The notes under the pieces are model-generated. The model had not been told where the DNA came from. It searched no databases and worked only from the letters and a program-made list of their open reading frames with translations. The position numbers were made by a program, and so were the translations under genes. From Cycas panzhihuaensis (taxonomy: Eukaryota; Plantae; Cycadophyta): a DNA stretch of 64,000 nucleotides. Of the stretch, positions 62,501 to 64,000 are shown piece by piece (position 1 is the first letter of the stretch; each line of letters starts with the position of its first letter). The DNA lies in the NCBI GenBank assembly GCA_023213395.1, contig CM041465.1, positions 130,951,741 through 131,015,740 of the forward strand, in the 5' to 3' direction.

Positions 62501-64000
62501 TGCCTCTGCCCAATAATTCTTTGGGACTCCTTTCCCATGCACCATACTACGAGCCATTTCCATGATCACTCTGTTCTTCCTACGCCACCCATTAGATTGA
62601 GGTGTATAGGGTGGTTATCATCTTGAATTCCATTGACTTTGCAATATTCCAGGAATTCTTTTGAAATGTATTCACCTCCCCCATCTGATCGTATGCATTT
62701 GATTTTTCTTGGACTCTAGTTCAACCGCTTTGAACTCTTTGAATGTTGCATATACTTCAGACTTGTTATGATAAAAATAGGCCCAGGTTTTCCTTGTCAT
62801 ATCAACTATGAAAGTGAGAAAGTATACGCATCCAGATTGATGGAGTGCGGGTGGCGGTCCACATATATCGGTGTGAATGAGTTATAGTTTCTTTTGGGCT
62901 AGCCATTTGCTTTCCTTGAAGGGCAATCTTTCTTTGCTTCCCTGATTGGCAACTTTTACATACAAAATTATCTGAAGTGATTGATGGGAGTCCATCAACT
63001 AAACCTTCATTTTCATTTTTAATTTGTCTAATGGAAGGTGTCCATACTTGAAATGCCACATTTTGTCATTATGATTCTGATTGCATGCTTTACAGGCGGG
63101 ACGGGATATGAAAGCGACCTATCTGAGTCATTACTTTCTATCCCTTTGCAATTACATGGCCATTATTTTTCATGTCAAGGATATAACAATATCCTTTTCA
63201 TCAAAACAGTTCTCGGACCCTTTTTCCAAGTTGAGATCTGACGGAAGATTCATCTTTATGTCGGGAACTAACAACACATTTCAATTTTTGATGCTACCTT
63301 GGGTTCTCGGCAATGGTTCCTATACCCTTGATGTTGAGGATGTTTATCCCTAGCTCCTGATTTATCTGAGGCATAAGGCTGCAAGGTTTCGAACCACTCC
63401 CCCCAGCTGGTCATGTGACGCGATGCTCTTGAGTCGATGTACCACACGTCTTTATCTTGGAGAGATGCGGCAAAACAACGATGAATCGGTCTCCTCCTCT
63501 TCTTCTTCATTTGTTCCTTCTTTGTAATTGCCCATGGGTCTTTTACCTTTCTGAATGTCAGCTCTCCTAGTTGGGCATTGGTATGGAAAGTGTCCTGCTT
63601 GGCCACAATGATAACATAGGTCAAATGCTCTACAAGAACTTGCAAAATGACCGGTCTTACCACAGTTGTAGCACAGTCTTGGCGCTGAGATGCGTCCTCT
63701 TCCTCGTGAATCTTGCCATCTTCCTCGTGACTGGGCTCTGAACTCTGGAGCCCTTCCTCGTCCTCTGCTTCTTCCTCTGATTCCCAGTTGAGTACGGATA
63801 CAAAGGCATCTTCAAGTTACGCAGTCTTCATATCTTCTATTTCTTTGTTCCTGCCTTAGGAGTAGTCCTGTGAGTGTGTCCAATGTCATTGTTGCTATCT
63901 GATCATTATTTATAATAGTGTTAATTGTGACATCGAAGGATTTAGGCAATTCTTGGCTACCATTTCAACGATTCGAATCGAAATTGTAGATCTGCGCTAG
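56521..64000 (+). repeat. Error-rich duplicate of 11513-~19123 (Copia G RT and 3' LTR, Gypsy B gag and LTR, 29-bp array, Copia C); probable assembly artefact
   Basis: Colinear, shares both insertion junctions (G/B at about 58036, B/C at about 60229), starts at the gap edge, and differs mostly by 1-2 nt indels. Confidence 0.9.

Noticed and set aside
56521-64000. Genuine recent segmental duplication
   Set aside because: The gap-adjacent start and context-biased indels favour an assembly artefact; not formally excluded without reads.

Overview
Repeat-dense, AT-rich nuclear DNA from a large-genome land plant. About 1-41.7 kb is one multi-level nest of LTR retrotransposons: Copia F > Copia E > Copia A > {Copia D; Gypsy B > {Copia G, Copia C}}. 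The labels are mine, and the junctions, PBS, PPT and TSDs were read from the sequence. A compact 4-exon host gene of unknown function (225 aa, 42784-45143, +) follows. After it come a decayed Copia remnant carrying a full-length degenerate L1 LINE (47.6-54.0 kb, -), a 500-N gap, and an indel-ridden second copy of 11513-~19123 that looks like an unpolished long-read false duplication. The most unusual element is Copia G (5619-13064). Its 2.5-kb leader carries three unrelated captured host pieces: an intronless antisense TPX2-family cDNA fragment, a sense CCDC124/Lso2 fragment and the 5' end of U2 snRNA. Other highlights are a second Gag/capsid domain between protease and RT in Gypsy B, a 29-bp core-plus-variable-spacer array in its LTR, and a DUF6699/giant-virus-like motif in the host protein. 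Family assignments come from motif recognition only; no database searches were run.
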